Shown: piece after piece, positions 12,924 through 26,257 of the stretch
Layout: the number at the start of each line of letters is the position of its first letter
Position numbering within the stretch: position 1 is the first letter of the stretch
Source of the DNA: Callorhinchus milii
Lineage: Eukaryota
NCBI RefSeq assembly: GCF_018977255.1
Contig: NW_024704743.1
Coordinates: forward strand, 42,472,001-42,536,000
Length of the DNA: 64,000 bases
Reading direction: 5' to 3'
The notes under the pieces: model-generated
Told to the model about the DNA's origin: nothing
Database searches by the model: none
What the model saw: the letters and a program-made list of their open reading frames with translations, nothing else
Position numbers and translations under genes: made by a program

Positions 12924-15231
12924 AAGTCTCATCCTTTCACAGTGGCCTTGCTGAGGAAGGCGAGTGGAATTCTTCATACTTAAGTTCAGGGCTCGGTTGC
13001 ATTCTAGCATGATGATAGGAAGAGAATAAATATTTGTATTTTGAAGACAGCACTGGTATCAGTCTGCACTCACTCATTCTTCTCTGTAATTCTTGTTGTT
13101 TTGTACCATTTGTGGCCTCTCCCTTCCCCCAATGAGGAGCTGTCCACACTAGACACTGTACACGTCTTTCCCTTTTAGAATTAATATCCCACTGGTTGAA
13201 GTTTAAAAAACAGTTTGTTCTGGCAATTGCGGAGCTATGTTAGGTGAGGCCTCACAAAGAAATGGGAATTCATTTCCAAGAAGTTAAGAAAAATCTAGCA
13301 TTGTTTGAAATCCACAGTGACCACGACATCAAAAAAGTAGCTCAGCTGCGATGGCATAAGGCTGCTGTGAAGAATGGATATTTCTGAACAGTTGTTAATT
13401 ACTTATGTACCTTTAAGGTAGACCCTGAGATATATTAAGCATCCGCTCTATACTATTGAACTTCAGACTACCTGAAGCTGGGAATATTCCATAATAAAAG
13501 TGTGGCTCCAACAGCATCGCCTAAAGTTATTTGGTACCTCCTCTGAGAGAGCTGAATACACACATAAACGTTAACTCAAATGGATTATTTGTAGTATTAA
13601 TTACAATCCCATTGAAAACATTGTTCTAACTATTTGGAGCCATTTTGGGTTTTTTTCAGCATAGCAAAGGTTAACAAATGTTAGGGCGTGCAAACATCCA
13701 GCATCAAACTTTATACTCAATTTCTAACCAATTCATATTGTCTTCAATGAAAAGTCGATTAGAGGGCCTGTCCGGCACAATTTAAACCTGTGTTCACCAT
13801 TGCTCTTTCTTGTCAACTACTGATCTTATGCAATGTAAAATATTGCAAAGCCACTGGGAGATTGTATTTGAACACTACAGTAAATGTTAAGAGTTTGTGT
13901 TTTAAATAAATATTCTGAGATTATATAAGAATGTAGACCAATGTTGTTGCTCAACTAATACATAGTTACCCAATCCTATCAATGTTCCAACACGTGCACT
14001 GTTTATGTTTTTGCCAAAATATTACATTAATATTTGAATTTCCACTATGTATGATTCCACTTTTTGCACATGCTGAAACACCAATTGAGGTGGCTGAGGA
14101 GGGGTTACTCTTGTCTTGTTGATACATTTTCCGATCTTTGGTGGTCAACCCATATAATAAGAAACCCCATTGCAAAAGCTCATTTCCCCAGGTCAGACCT
14201 GTTACCAACAAGGGAGAATTTCCCCCCAGCTCTGTATCTATTTGCTTTGTTTCAATCATGTTTAGAAAGACACTTCTGTGAGATTAGTGTTATCTAAAAT
14301 CCATAACTGTACCCATTGTCCAGTTAGGATTAGCCTAGACAATCTTGACACTGATTATTGTTTTGCTTAGTGAAATTAGAAGAGACTTGGTTGAGTTACT
14401 TGGGCACTGAATGTCTCATCTGCAGAAATGACAGCCTGTTTCAGTAATAGTAAAATTATAAGCAGTCTTTGAAAACCTCTTCTGGCATTTGAATGAATAA
14501 TCAATTTGTATACTTGTCATTTAGCAGTAGATTAAATCTTTTTGGGTGGCTGGTTTGTGGAAGGACTACACACGCGGAACACATTTACAGCTGTTACATT
14601 AGTCTATGTGATGGATAAATTGTACTAAAATGGTCACGTTCTTATAGATTGCCCGTGGGTACTTGTAGGTGCTGTAAAATCCAATGCACTGATGTAAACA
14701 TCATTCTGGGTTTGCAGGTCATAAAGCCTTGGACACAGGTACATTGGATTTTGCATTAATTCATCTTCCATTGTAAATGAAGGAAATAACATAAAGGAGA
14801 CGTATAAGAACTCCATATGGGCTACATTTATGTCCTCTGTATATTTGTTTCATGTGGGTATCCTGATATATGTTTTCAGATGTAGACTGAAAGCTCCCAC
14901 CTTTTGTCACTAATTCAGTCAGATGTCTATGATAGTAGGACTTGCAGTTTTAAAATAACTTTGTGGCTATTAACATTTAGGTTAAAATGTTGTTACATGA
15001 AACATTTTAATGTGGCTGGGCCAATTGGTAAAACTCAAATAGCTAATGCCAATGAAGGACCTTTGTTTATGTTTATTCCTTGTTAAAAAACAATACTTGC
15101 TTGTTCATTTCAAGGTCTGCAAAGAATAGTTACTGTCATCAACATCTATAATTTTGGCAAATGGGAAAAAACTGAGTCATTTTTTTTGCTAAGTAACATT
15201 TTGTACCAAGATTATTTATATGATACTATTC

Positions 15232-15237
15232 AATAAA
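15232..15237 (+). terminator. Candidate distal polyadenylation signal of CDH6
   Basis: AATAAA preceded by tttgtacc and ttatttata, followed by tgtttttatgta; an alternative AATAAA lies at 13905-13910. Confidence 0.55.
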
Positions 15238-18200
15238 ATGTTTTTATGTATGGATTTCTGTTTCAGCTTCCTTTCATTACCTTGCATTGTGTGGAATTAG
15301 TGAATCATAAAGATTTTTAAAGGAGAATGAGGCCATGAGGCCTATCAAGTTTGCATCAGTTCTCAGAGCATGCTGTCCATTCAGTCCAACTTTCGCTCTT
15401 CTTGATGACTATTTTGATGAGACGTCTCGAAGACGTCATAAGGTGCTATATCAAATGCAAGGATTATTATTATCTTATAATTTTTCCTCTAGTCACTGAC
15501 TCCCTTACCAGTAAAGATAGCTTCTTCTAATTTACCCTGTCAAACAGTCACAACTTTAGAGTATTCTTGTGAAATGCTTTGAGACACCGCAACAACGTGA
15601 TAAGGTGATATAACAAATGAAAGGATCGTTAATATTATAATTCGTTAACCAATTAATTACATTGTAACATAATTAATTATTGCGTGATTAAAAGTTCTTC
15701 ATTTGAAAGATTAAATTGAACAGTATTAGCTTTTTCTAACAAAAATAATCATAAGCGGTTTGAATGAAAAAAATCCTTCAGCTCATTTCATCTCATTCTT
15801 CCAGAAAAACAATCTTCTAGTGCCAAGTTATGTCTTTAATGAGTCCAGTTTCTACCACCATTTCAGCTCCTAATTCCCCTCATGTAAAGAAACTTTCCAG
15901 ATATCTATCCCCAAATTATCCTTTACAACCTTTACATCTGTTTCCTCTTTATAATAATACAATAATAATAATGCTTGATTTAATAAAATGCTTTTCATGT
16001 TGATAGACCATCTAAAAACACTTCACAAAATCACCAGATTTGTCTGGATGAAGAAGGCCATTTAGCCGGTCCGATCAAATCCTTCCAGAACACCCACCCT
16101 ACTGTCCCCCTATTACTACATTAAGCTGCTTTTTAAATATATCAAGTTTCCAGGCCTCACCTTCCCTGGCAACGTGTTACAGTCATTGATTCCCCTCTGG
16201 ATAAAAGAAAAAATTGCGTGTAAGCATTGGAATTGAGTTAAAACAGTCTGTTCCTCTCTCGGACCTAGGCTTGAATATAGCTTACGGAAGCTGTGTGCTA
16301 ACTAAAAGGCTTCAAAGTGAAATGAGTTTGGGCAGGCAACCCAAATCCTAGTGAAGATGAATCCTCAGCAAAAATACTAGCAATTTGGCAAGCTATTCAG
16401 AGGATAGAATAGATGCTAATACTAATAGATAGCAGATAATAATGGCACAGTGTTTCAGCAGTGAGGGGTGTCTTTCTGAGATTAGCACATGCTTGGACAG
16501 AAGAGAAGTACGTTTACTCTGTATCAAGTAGGTGTTGCACTTGTTCTGGGTATTTGTTTAGTTTTTATTGACTTTCATTGTTCCAATAGACAAACATCAA
16601 TATTGACAATCTATGCTCAAAAATATTTGCAATGGTTCAACTGCTAACCCATTGATTATCACAGGATGAATATTGATTGCAAATGACCAGACCAGAAAAT
16701 AATAATAATAATCCTTGCATTTGGTATAGAGTCTTGTCACTTTGGGAGGACATCACAAAGGACTTCACAGGATTCACTGTGAAGCTCAGATTCTCAAATC
16801 TCAGCCACCAACCTCTCTCAATCGCAACCTCTATTGGCTTCCTTTATTTTCAACCTCAAATGCAAGGAATATCAAGATTATTATTTTATCAAACTACAAT
16901 AATACGTTTCCTCTGAACTATATTCTCAGTTGAAAAATCATCCTCTTAAACACTCTTCCTCTATCTTGACCTACAGTAAGCACCCTCTTCCTTCTCCCAT
17001 GCTCGGCCTCCAACCTCACCACTGTACAGTGCTCCAAGATGTTATGCTGGTTGAAGGACACTATATAAATGCAAGTTGTTGTCGTTTTTGCATTCTCAGC
17101 CCGGATACCCATACAGCACCATGAAGCACTTTGAGACATCCTCCTGGTTCGAAACGCACTATATAAATGTTACATTGCATTGCATTGTTATGTAATTTTG
17201 CATTGCTTTGTATTTTTTTACCAGGATCATAAGTCAGCTTCTTCACTCTCCTCACTCTCCCTTTCCTCTTACAATTAATCCACAGGCTTTCAAAGCTTGT
17301 TATCACCTTATCATTGCATCTAAATTGAACTCATATTCTCTCCAACACTTTTGAACTACAACAGTGTCATGCACTGTGAACCTTGCTCTAGTGCCTAACG
17401 TTTTCACTGAAAAAGCAGTTCAGGATGGCATTGCTCCTTTGGAAGAAATTGCAAAATGATAAGCAGCAGATGAAGTGGAACACTGGAACATCACATGCAT
17501 CATTTGTCTTGTGAGAATTGGGTATTATTCAGTGCCACCAAACATTTCATTGCTCAAATCTTTGTACTCAGACCTCTGTTGTGTAGTTGTGTCTATTTCT
17601 GGAAAGTATTGTAGCAGCATAAGTTGAATTCATGAAGTTCACATGAGATCTACAAGGTCTATACTGTAGGGTGTTAAAACAAAAGCCTTAAGACTCAGCA
17701 ATCTGTTGTTCTTGCTCCAGCAAACTATACAAATTATACTCACTCTGCAGTCTGTAATAGTCTGCAGTTTTGCAATTTTATTCACTGCACCAGCAAGATT
17801 CTCACAAGAAAAATTACACTCAAGATTTTCTAATGCAAAGTGGTTTATCAGAATCCAAAGCCATAATTATCTATTTTACTAGATATTTCAGTTGTTATTT
17901 TCTATAAATTTAGTGCGTCCAATTTATTTTTCTTATTTTCTCCCACTGGCACCTGCCTCTCTGCTCCTAGTCTGGTTTTGTCTTGCTAGTATGGAGTTCC
18001 ACAGAAAGTGCAGTACTCAGGTTGCCTTCTGATTATGTTACCCAAGTGACCATTGTTCGTATGTCAGTCTTTGCAGTGAGTATTGACAATCCCATTCAAT
18101 TGAAGAGGGCATTGCAGCCGAGCCGAACCTCTTTCCCACTTGGTTGCAAGACACGCACACAACCAGTAGAGAGACCAATAACAGGAACCCTGGCTAGTTT

Positions 18201-19384
18201 TCCCCTCTGTCATACCTGGGAAGGCTGAGACATCATTGTCTACGCATGCAACCCAAGCGGAGACCAGCAAACTCCACACAGATTGTAAGGTTCTAGACTG
18301 TAACCTGCAGCTCTCTCCACTACACTATCAGGGCTGGCCCACTCAGGTCTCCTTTTTTAAGAGTAATACAAATATGAAAGGGTTGGAGAAAGAAATTAAA
18401 GGACCTGTCAAGATCTAATAAAATGGTAGAGCAGGATTGCTAAATGGACTCCTGTTACTTTACGCTATGTTCCAATGTTCTTAAGTCAAAAACAGTATTG
18501 ATGCATCAGAACTGGAAATAAAATGGGCAACATGTGACTGAGGACAGTATGTTGACCAATGAAGATATGTTTATTTGGATGAATATTATGGAATTGTACT
18601 TGATTACCTTTGAAGATCAGAAAATATTTATGGCGAGAGTTCCCAGCAGGAGGTTAAATGTGCGAGGAAAGGTCCCTTTAATAACTTTGTTGTTTTATTA
18701 TTATATCAAATGCAAGGTTATTATTATTATTATTGTATTTAGTGCCTTGCAAAATCAGTTCATATGCAATATTCATATTCCACTTCATTTAAAGGTTGAA
18801 TTAGAAAGCCTGTCAGCATCAGAGCACTAAAACCTATAATCAATTCAAGGATTAACAAAAGACATTAAGAGTTGGCCACCTGAAGACATTAAGTAAAGCA
18901 TTATAATTGTCAAAACAAAGCCAGTACATCAATCAAGAGATTACTTCAAAATTCTTCGGTAAATCGCTGAGAGAGATGGCATTTTGATGCTGAAGAGTTC
19001 CTCGGGGTCACGGAATGTGGGACTTTTAGAGGTTTGATCTAAGCTGTGCTGGGAAGGCACTGAAAAGAGATCACAGCATCAAATTGCAAAGGATTTGGGT
19101 GGAGGGAAAGAAAAGCATAGATTCATGAAAAGTTTCAGAAAAAGATTACAATAATAATAATAATAATCTTTGCATTTGATATAGCGCTTTTTCACGTCTT
19201 CTAGATGTCTCAAGGCACTTCACAGAATAGACTGTAAAGTGAATTGACTGTATATTTGTGGGCAAAACGAAATTACAGAACAGAAATGAGCGATAATGCA
19301 CATTGTATCTGTTCTCCCTCATTAACTTTTAGTTTTTAGCACTCTCATCAAGGAGTCAAAAGGTTGTGGGTTAGGACCCCATGT

Positions 19385-19885
19385 CGGGATATCAAGAGTT
19401 TAGCGGCATAGTGGCTGATGGTGGGGTGGAGGGTGCGAGGGACGAGCAGGAAGCTGGTGCCAGTCGAGTGGAGACACCGGGTGGTGGATTGGGGAGTGAG
19501 GAGGTCAGAGAGGTAGGGAGGTGCCAGCGAGTGAAGGGATTTGAACACGAAATCTAAAATTTGAACCTACATTCGGGTAAAAATACGGTTGGAGGTGGGC
19601 AATGTGGCGGAGGTGGAAGAAGGCGGTCCTGGTCAGGGACCGGATGTGGGGAAGAAGGACAGCTGGGGGTCGAACCAGATGCCTAAGTTGTGCATTGGTT
19701 CATTGAGTTTGAGGGAAAGCCCGGGGAAGTTGAGGAGTTTAGATCCTCAGAAGTGAAGATGTTGATGGGAGCCAAGGAGCATGGCTTCCATATTCTGCTG
19801 CAGGAAGTTTACACTTATGCAGGCCTTGCTGTCTGCCAGACAAGCTGATAGAACATCGGCGGGCCAGGAGTTGGTACTGGAGGAG
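19385..19885 (-). mobile_element. L2-type LINE fragment with an internal deletion
   Basis: FKSLHSLAPPYLSDLL (ORF 19348..19548) and an NLGIWFDPQLSF...HIRSL...AFFHLRHIA-like segment. Confidence 0.8.
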
Positions 19886-19887
19886 GT

Positions 19888-20220
19888 TGTGGAGTCCTGT
19901 AGCTCAGTGGTTAGAACACTCGCTTTGCAAGTGAGAGACCTGAGTTCAATTCCAGGCACAGGGCGAAACCTTGGGCAAGTTTCCTTACTCCACACAGAGC
20001 CTAATAATAATCCCTCCAAAACCAAAAACAATAATAAATTGGTCATTTTCAATCTACGACTGTTTGTGGGACATTGCTGTGCGCAATTGGCTGCCGCGTT
20101 CACCCACAAATATACAGTCAATTCACTTTACAGTGTGTTCTGTGAAGCGCTTTGGGACGTCCTCCTGACGTGAAAAGCGCTATATCAAATGCAAGGATTA
20201 TTATTATTATTATTATTATT
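19888..20220 (+). mobile_element. Young full-length tRNA-Ala-derived SINE
   Basis: A/B boxes, TGC anticodon loop, (tta)n tail; nearly identical to the copies at 38567 and 47183. Confidence 0.95.
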
Positions 20221-21270
20221 TGTATAACGCCTTTCACATCGAGAGGATGTCCCGAGGCGATGGACAATCAGAGATTTAGACCCGAGCGGATGGTGTTTGG
20301 GATCAGGGAGGGTGGAGGGCAGGGAGGATAGGAGGGTAGCCGAAGGCGCGGTCGAAGACGAGGGTTATCAGACGTGCCTTGAAGGAAGCAAGGGAGGGAG
20401 AAGATGAAGGGAATGTGGGATAGATGGAATTCCAAAGTGTGGGTGCAGAAAGGCTGAAGTCGCAACCACCAATGGTGGTGGTGCTGGGCAGGGGCCTGCT
20501 GAGCAGAGGGAGCAGATAGGTTGATATGGGGTTGGCAGATCACAAAGGTAGGAAGGAGTAAAGCCGTGGAGGACTTTGAAGTTGAGGATTTTTAACTCTA
20601 TTCTCTGGCCAGTGGAGCCAAGTGAGGGTGGGGGTGATACGGTCACAGAGCCTGTTGCAGGAGAGGACACGAGCTGCAGAGTTCTGGATGGTCAGCAGCC
20701 TATGGAGGGAAGAGTTGGGAAGGCCAACAAGCAGTAAGATGGTATAGTCAAGATTGCATGAATGAGGGTTTCAGCGGCCTGAGGGTTGAGGCAGTGGTGG
20801 AGCCAGGCGATGTTGCGGAGGTGGGGATAGGCAGATCAAGTCATGGTGCAAATATATAATAATAATATAATAATAATCCTTGCATTTGATATAGCACTTT
20901 CCACGTCTTCTCAACATCTCAAAGAGCTTCACAAAATATACTGTAAAGTGAATTGTCCGTATATTTGTGGGCGAAACGCGGCAGCCAATTGTGCACAGCA
21001 GTGTCCCACAAACAGTCCTGGATTGAAAATGACCAATTTTTGGAGGGATTATTATTAGGCGTGTGGAGTAAGGAATCTTCCCCAAGGTTTCGCCCTGCCT
21101 GGAATTGAACCCAGGCGCATGCAAGGCTTGCAAGGCGATGGATGGTGGTGATGCTGTCAACGCCTGAGGTGAGGAGGCACTAACGGGAGCCAATCAGGAG
21201 GTCACCGGTCTTGTTGACGTTCAACTGTAGAAAGTTAGCTCTCATCCAGGACTTGATGTCTGACAGACAT
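20221..21270 (-). mobile_element. L2-type LINE 3' portion interrupted by a SINE
   Basis: ORF 20368..20670 reads QRIELKILNFKVLHGFTPSYLCDL; L2-like sequence resumes at 21140-21270. Confidence 0.8.
20851..21138 (-). mobile_element. tRNA-derived SINE nested in L2
   Basis: Reverse-complement match to the SINE family from the anticodon region to the tail. Confidence 0.9.
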
Positions 21271-21330
21271 TCTGTCTGCATACTTTGCCATTGATAGCAA
21301 GCTTTCCCGCTGCTTTAATTCCTATTTAAT

Positions 21331-21455
21331 ACCTTGTATTTGATATAGCGCTTTTCACGTCGGGAGGACATCCCAAAGCGCTTCACAGAACACACTGTAA
21401 AGTGAATTGACTGTATATTTGTGGGCGAACGCGGCAGCCAATTGCGCACAGCAAT
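21331..21455 (-). mobile_element. Young SINE 3' fragment
   Basis: Nearly identical to the 3' ends of the copies at 38567 and 47183. Confidence 0.9.
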
Positions 21456-23529
21456 TGCTTGTTCAGCTATGACCAGTCTACATGTTAGGGCTTTGGCTTG
21501 CAGGGTTAACATGAGCTGTGTGGGAGGATTCATTGCCCCCAGTGACTGGACTGCTCTTTCAAGTCCTGCTGAGGAGCCAGGCTGGCCGTGTTGGCATCAG
21601 CAGTGTCCTGGATTACTGCAGACCTGCCTGGCTCAGGAACTGGATTGCGAGAACGCCACAATAGGTTGCCTCCTTCTGTCATTTTGTTGCCAAACATGTC
21701 ACCTTGGAGCCAGTTCAGCTCCAAGGAAACCCCACTTACCTTCCCCCAAAGGAAGAGAGTCATTAGTTGCTCGTTTGACATCAGACAAGTGCAGGTTTGA
21801 GCCCCCACTAGGTGGATGGTAGGTAAGAGGAACTCCCTGAGAACTTGCTAGTGGGCAACACAGCTCAGCAAGAAATGCGTGAGAACGTTATTACCATCTT
21901 CTTCCCAACAGCTCGGGCACTCAGCAGGAAGCATACCCGACAATGCTCTCAATGACAAGCTAAGCAGTTTTAGCTAATTAAACTCCAGCAGTACCCAACA
22001 CAGATTCCAGATATCCAAGCCTTAGCTCTCGCTAACCTGTACCTAATATTCTCCAGTGTTAGGTAACCTGGGTTCCCTGCTCCAGAGAAAGGTTACACAT
22101 TTCATTCCAGACAACAACAACTTGCATTTAGATAGCGCCCCTCACACTGGTAGCGTCCCAGAGCGCTTGATAGTGGCAAAGCATGACGCTGATTTGGGGG
22201 AGGTGAGGTGACCGCAGGCACGGTCAAGTAGGAAGGTCTTTAGCTGCGACCTGAAGGGGGAAGAACGGGACAAGGTAGAGGGATAGAGGAAGAGTGTTCC
22301 AGAGTTCGTCCAGAAACAGGGAAATTTCTATCTGTAGGTGATATACTTAAGTGAAACTCTCGGTCTAGTTTGAATAATCTTGAGCATGGTGATAGGTGGC
22401 AATCACCTGACTGACCAAAAAACCCATCTAAAATCAAACCTCTATGATGACTGTTTTGAGAAAGACTCACAATTTTGTAAAGTCTTGTCCACTTTGTGAA
22501 ATGTTTTGCCAGATGACTTGTAACAGAGAGTAATAGAAGCACTCAGGCATCTCAATGCTATCTTAAACCTATCATTTTAAGAAACCTACACAGCCAGAAT
22601 GGTTGGCAGTGAAGTGTGAGTCACACTTGCTTGTTTCCAACAAGTTAGATAGTTACTCTACAAATTGTTATGAAAAAACATCCACTCCACCTAACAACTT
22701 CATCCACATCACTTAATACTGCTGAGGTATTTTTTCAACATGTATTTACTAAGAGTTATAAATGATTCAGCGCAGCAACCCTCGGTTGTTCTCAGCTATT
22801 TTGGGTCACCTGGTCGGTTCCACTGCTTCGACTTTTATACTTTCCTTTCCTCTTGAATGAAAGAAACATGTTTATCTTGATAAGAATGACCAATGAATAT
22901 TTATAGAAGAATTGACTTTATTATGGATGTACTAACGATTTCATATGGCATTTTTGCAGTATTTTACATCTTTCACACATGAGAGACTGAGTTTATCTCT
23001 GATGTTATTCCCTTCCAGAGTGAAATAAACAACATTTTCATATAGTCCTGGTTTGTAATGTATATTGGCTTCTAAATATTTGTGTGACTTGGCAGCCAAA
23101 GCCTTGAGCCCTTTCCTTATCCTCAATTGTACAATTGTAATGTCACAAAAATATAAACGACAATTTACATGTATAGGAAGGATGTCCCAAAGTCTTACAT
23201 GCAGCTGACTTGGCACTGAAGCTGGGGCGTGGGGGGGGAACGAGGAGGGGCAATGGTGACCAAAATCACGGTCAAAAAAGATTAGTTTTGAGGTGACTTT
23301 TGAAAGCTGTGAGGGAAGCGAAAAGGTGGAGGGACTCTAGGCTGGGGTTCCAGAGAGTGAGAGATGAACGGCTAAAAGCAGATCAGGTGGGACATATGAA
23401 GCAGGCCACTGTTAGTTTCCAAACACTTTACATATATTATATTTACCACATACAGTACATTCTTACCAGCAATAACACACAAGAAACATTGCCATTCCAG
23501 ATTCAGCCCCAGCGGACTCATACCAGCTT

Positions 23530-23916
23530 CAGAGATATTTAGCTCTCACGAGCAGATTGACTTCAAGATCCTCACTCTAGCGTTTAAATCCCTCCATTCC
23601 TTGACACCTCCCTATCTCTCTAACCTCCTCTCTCCCCACAGCATCCGCTCTATTGGGTCTGGCCTCCTCTGTGTCCCCCAAATCCTCCACTCCACCATCA
23701 GTGGTCGTGCCTTCAGTCACTACGCCCCAAAATTTGTGAAATCCCTCCCTCAACTCATTCACCTCACACCCTTCTTCCCCATCTTCAGATCACCTTCGCT
23801 CGCTCCTACGGTCACCATCCCCCTCCCCCTGATTCAGCCTCAGGTTTCGCCATTGTTAAGTGCTCTGAGACACCACCCAGCATGGAGGGCGCTATATAAA
23901 TGCATGTTGTTGTTGT
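23530..23916 (+). mobile_element. L2-type LINE 3' end
   Basis: IDFKILTLAFKSLHSLTPPYLSNLL...ISGRAFSHYAP; tail gcgctatataaatgcatgttgttgttg. Confidence 0.85.
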
Positions 23917-24409
23917 ATACGAGAACTTTGAAATCACTCCTTGCTTTCTAGCATTAATATTATTAACTTTAATTAGTAATTTATTCTCTTTTTGGTCATT
24001 TTGTGCTGATATGGCTCTCAGTATAAACATCAACAATCAATGTGTTCTATTTCACAGAGCATGACATTTACAAGAGACAATGACATAGTCTGGTAGTCAC
24101 TGCTGGGCTATGTACAAATAATGTGCAGTTTATCATTCAAACATTCTTTGGCCAAGGTACATTCATTTAAACAACCTAAAGGGTATTACCCTAAGTGGGG
24201 AATTATCTTACATAGCTATTTCTGGCAGCAAACATATACAAATAGAATATTTACAAATGACTATAGTATTCTGTTTGCTCCACTCCTCCATTATTCATTT
24301 ATTGTTTGCAGTGACTTAAATTATTGTTATGTTTAATTTAATTATGCTAAATTTGCAATAATGACAACTGGAAACGATGCACAACTTTTATAACTTACAA
24401 AGTCACAAG

Positions 24410-24720
24410 ATTAGTCTGGATGAAGAAGGCCCTTCAGTCCATCAAATCTCATCCTCACAGAATACCCTCCCTACCGTCCTCCTTCCCCTTCACTACATCA
24501 AACTACTTTTTAAATGAGATTTGTGTCCTGGCCTCTGCCAGCTTTCCTGCAATCTGTTCCAGTCCTTTATTAGCTTCTGAGTAAAGAAAACCTTCCTGGT
24601 ATCTGGTCTGAAATTGCCCTCTACAACTCTTAACCTATATCCTCTTGTGCTCCTGCCTTGACACATCCTAAAGTATTGATCTGAGTTTACTTTTTCAATC
24701 ATGTTTACAATTTTGTAATC
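24410..24720 (-). mobile_element. CR1 LINE 3' end
   Basis: ORF 24493..24813 reads YKIVN..EKVN...TRGYRLRV...FFTQKLIKDWNRL. Confidence 0.8.
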
Positions 24721-25349
24721 CGAGTGTGAGTTTTTTCTGCTGGTAGCAAAGAGGGATATGGCTTGTGAATCTAAGGTATGAGAGGGGACCTCATATAAGC
24801 ATATGAGATGCAATATGAGATTAAGTAAGTAAACTCGGAATACTTTCAGTTATGCCATAGCAGTAGGACAAGAGTCACAGATTCAGGCTCAATGTGTGAA
24901 TGGTCATTTTAGGACATACTCTAGGAAGTGTTTTGTTGTATAGATTGTATCCAACTGATTACCAGGAAGAGTGTTTAAGACTAGGCAGTGACTTGAATTA
25001 TTTCAGAATCACTAGTTTCTATAATGAGAATACGTCAAAGTTGGCATGTTATTGAGAGACTGGATAGACCTGGGTTGTATTCATTAGAACAGAGGAGGTT
25101 AAACAGTGATTTGATTGAAATATTCATTGAGATATTTACAATAATGAAATTAATTGACAGGCTAGATAGTGAATGACTTATCCCTCTAGTACTCACATCT
25201 AAGAGTGGTAAGAACTGAGGTCAAGAGGCATTTCTTCACAGAGGGTGGTGAAGTTGTGGAATGTTCGACCCAGAAAGCTGTATAAATGGAATTAATAGGG
25301 ACATTTAAAAGAGAAATGGCCGATACTCGGGTAGAACAAGCATTAATTA

Positions 25350-25772
25350 TAAAAATAATCCTTGCATTTATCACATCGTCGAGACCTTTCAAAATGCTTC
25401 AAAGGTTACATTGTAAAGTAGATTGACTGTGTATTTTGTGGGTGAAATGCGGCAGCCAGTTTTGCACACAGCAATGTTCCACAGACAGCTATGGAGTGTG
25501 TGATCAATCTTATTTGGGGGATTTTTGGCCAGGACATTGGGAGAAACACCCTTCTCTTTTCGAATAGTGCCATGGGTTCTTTAATTTCTACCTGAACAAG
25601 CAGATGGCACCTTAGTTTAATGTATCATCCGAAGGTTGGCAATCTAACAACACCCCCAGCACTGCATTGGAGTGTCAGTTTAGACAATGTGATTCCAAGG
25701 CTCGATGTGGGCTTGGACCTACAACCTTCTGATTGAAAGGCGAGAGTGCTACCACTGCACCATGCTGACTCA
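25350..25772 (-). mobile_element. Older Deu-domain-type SINE (SacSINE1-like), near full length
   Basis: tRNA-like head ggtagcactctcgcc...gaaggttgtaggtccaagccc, central ccttcggatgatacattaaac...cccatggcactattcgaaaagag, L2-like tail. The family name is from recall, not from a search. Confidence 0.75.
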
Positions 25773-25957
25773 AATTTAAGGAGTATTGCAAATGGGCAGA
25801 CAAGATCTATCAAGACCTAATAAACTAGTGAAACAGGCCCGATGGACTGAGTGGCCTCCTTCTGTTCCTGTTTTTCTGTGTTCCTTGATCGCCGATAGTC
25901 AGAGCAATGGTCACAATTAAGGATTTTTCCACACCAGGATCTGCCCTGATCACAGAG

Positions 25958-26257
25958 ATAATAATAATAATAATAATCCTTGCATTTGATATAGCGCTTT
26001 TCACGTCTTCTCGACGTCTCAAAGCGCTTCACAGAATATGCTGTAAAGTGAATTTGTGGGCGAAACGCGGCAGCCAATTGTGCACAGCAGTGTCCCACAA
26101 AGAGTCGTGGATTTAAAATGACCAATTTATTATTGTTTTGCTTTTTGGAGTGATTATTATCAGGCCTGTGGAGTAAGGAAACTTGCCCAAGGTTTCGCCC
26201 TGCCGGGAATTGAACCCAGGTCTATTGCTTGCGAGGCGAGTGCTCTAACCACTGAGC
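25958..26257 (-). mobile_element. tRNA-Ala-derived SINE, slightly 5'-truncated, with a 9-bp TSD
   Basis: Family match; gatcacaga at 25948-25956 and 26260-26268. Confidence 0.92.

Larger units (their letters stand above)
10212..15255 (+). other. CDH6: Probable long 3'UTR of CDH6
   Basis: Repeat-poor AT-rich tract after the stop, ending in UGUA motifs, AATAAA (15232-15237) and a U/GU-rich downstream tract, after which dense repeats resume. The end point is inferred. Confidence 0.55.

Noticed and set aside
17505..17812. Short inverted words tcttgtgagaat / attctcacaaga
   Set aside because: The match does not extend convincingly inward; too weak to call an element
19888..19960. tRNA-Ala(TGC)-like sequences (also at 1498, 38830-38904, 44477, 47445-47517)
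   Set aside because: They are SINE heads: each continues into the same body and (tta)n tail and lacks a proper acceptor stem
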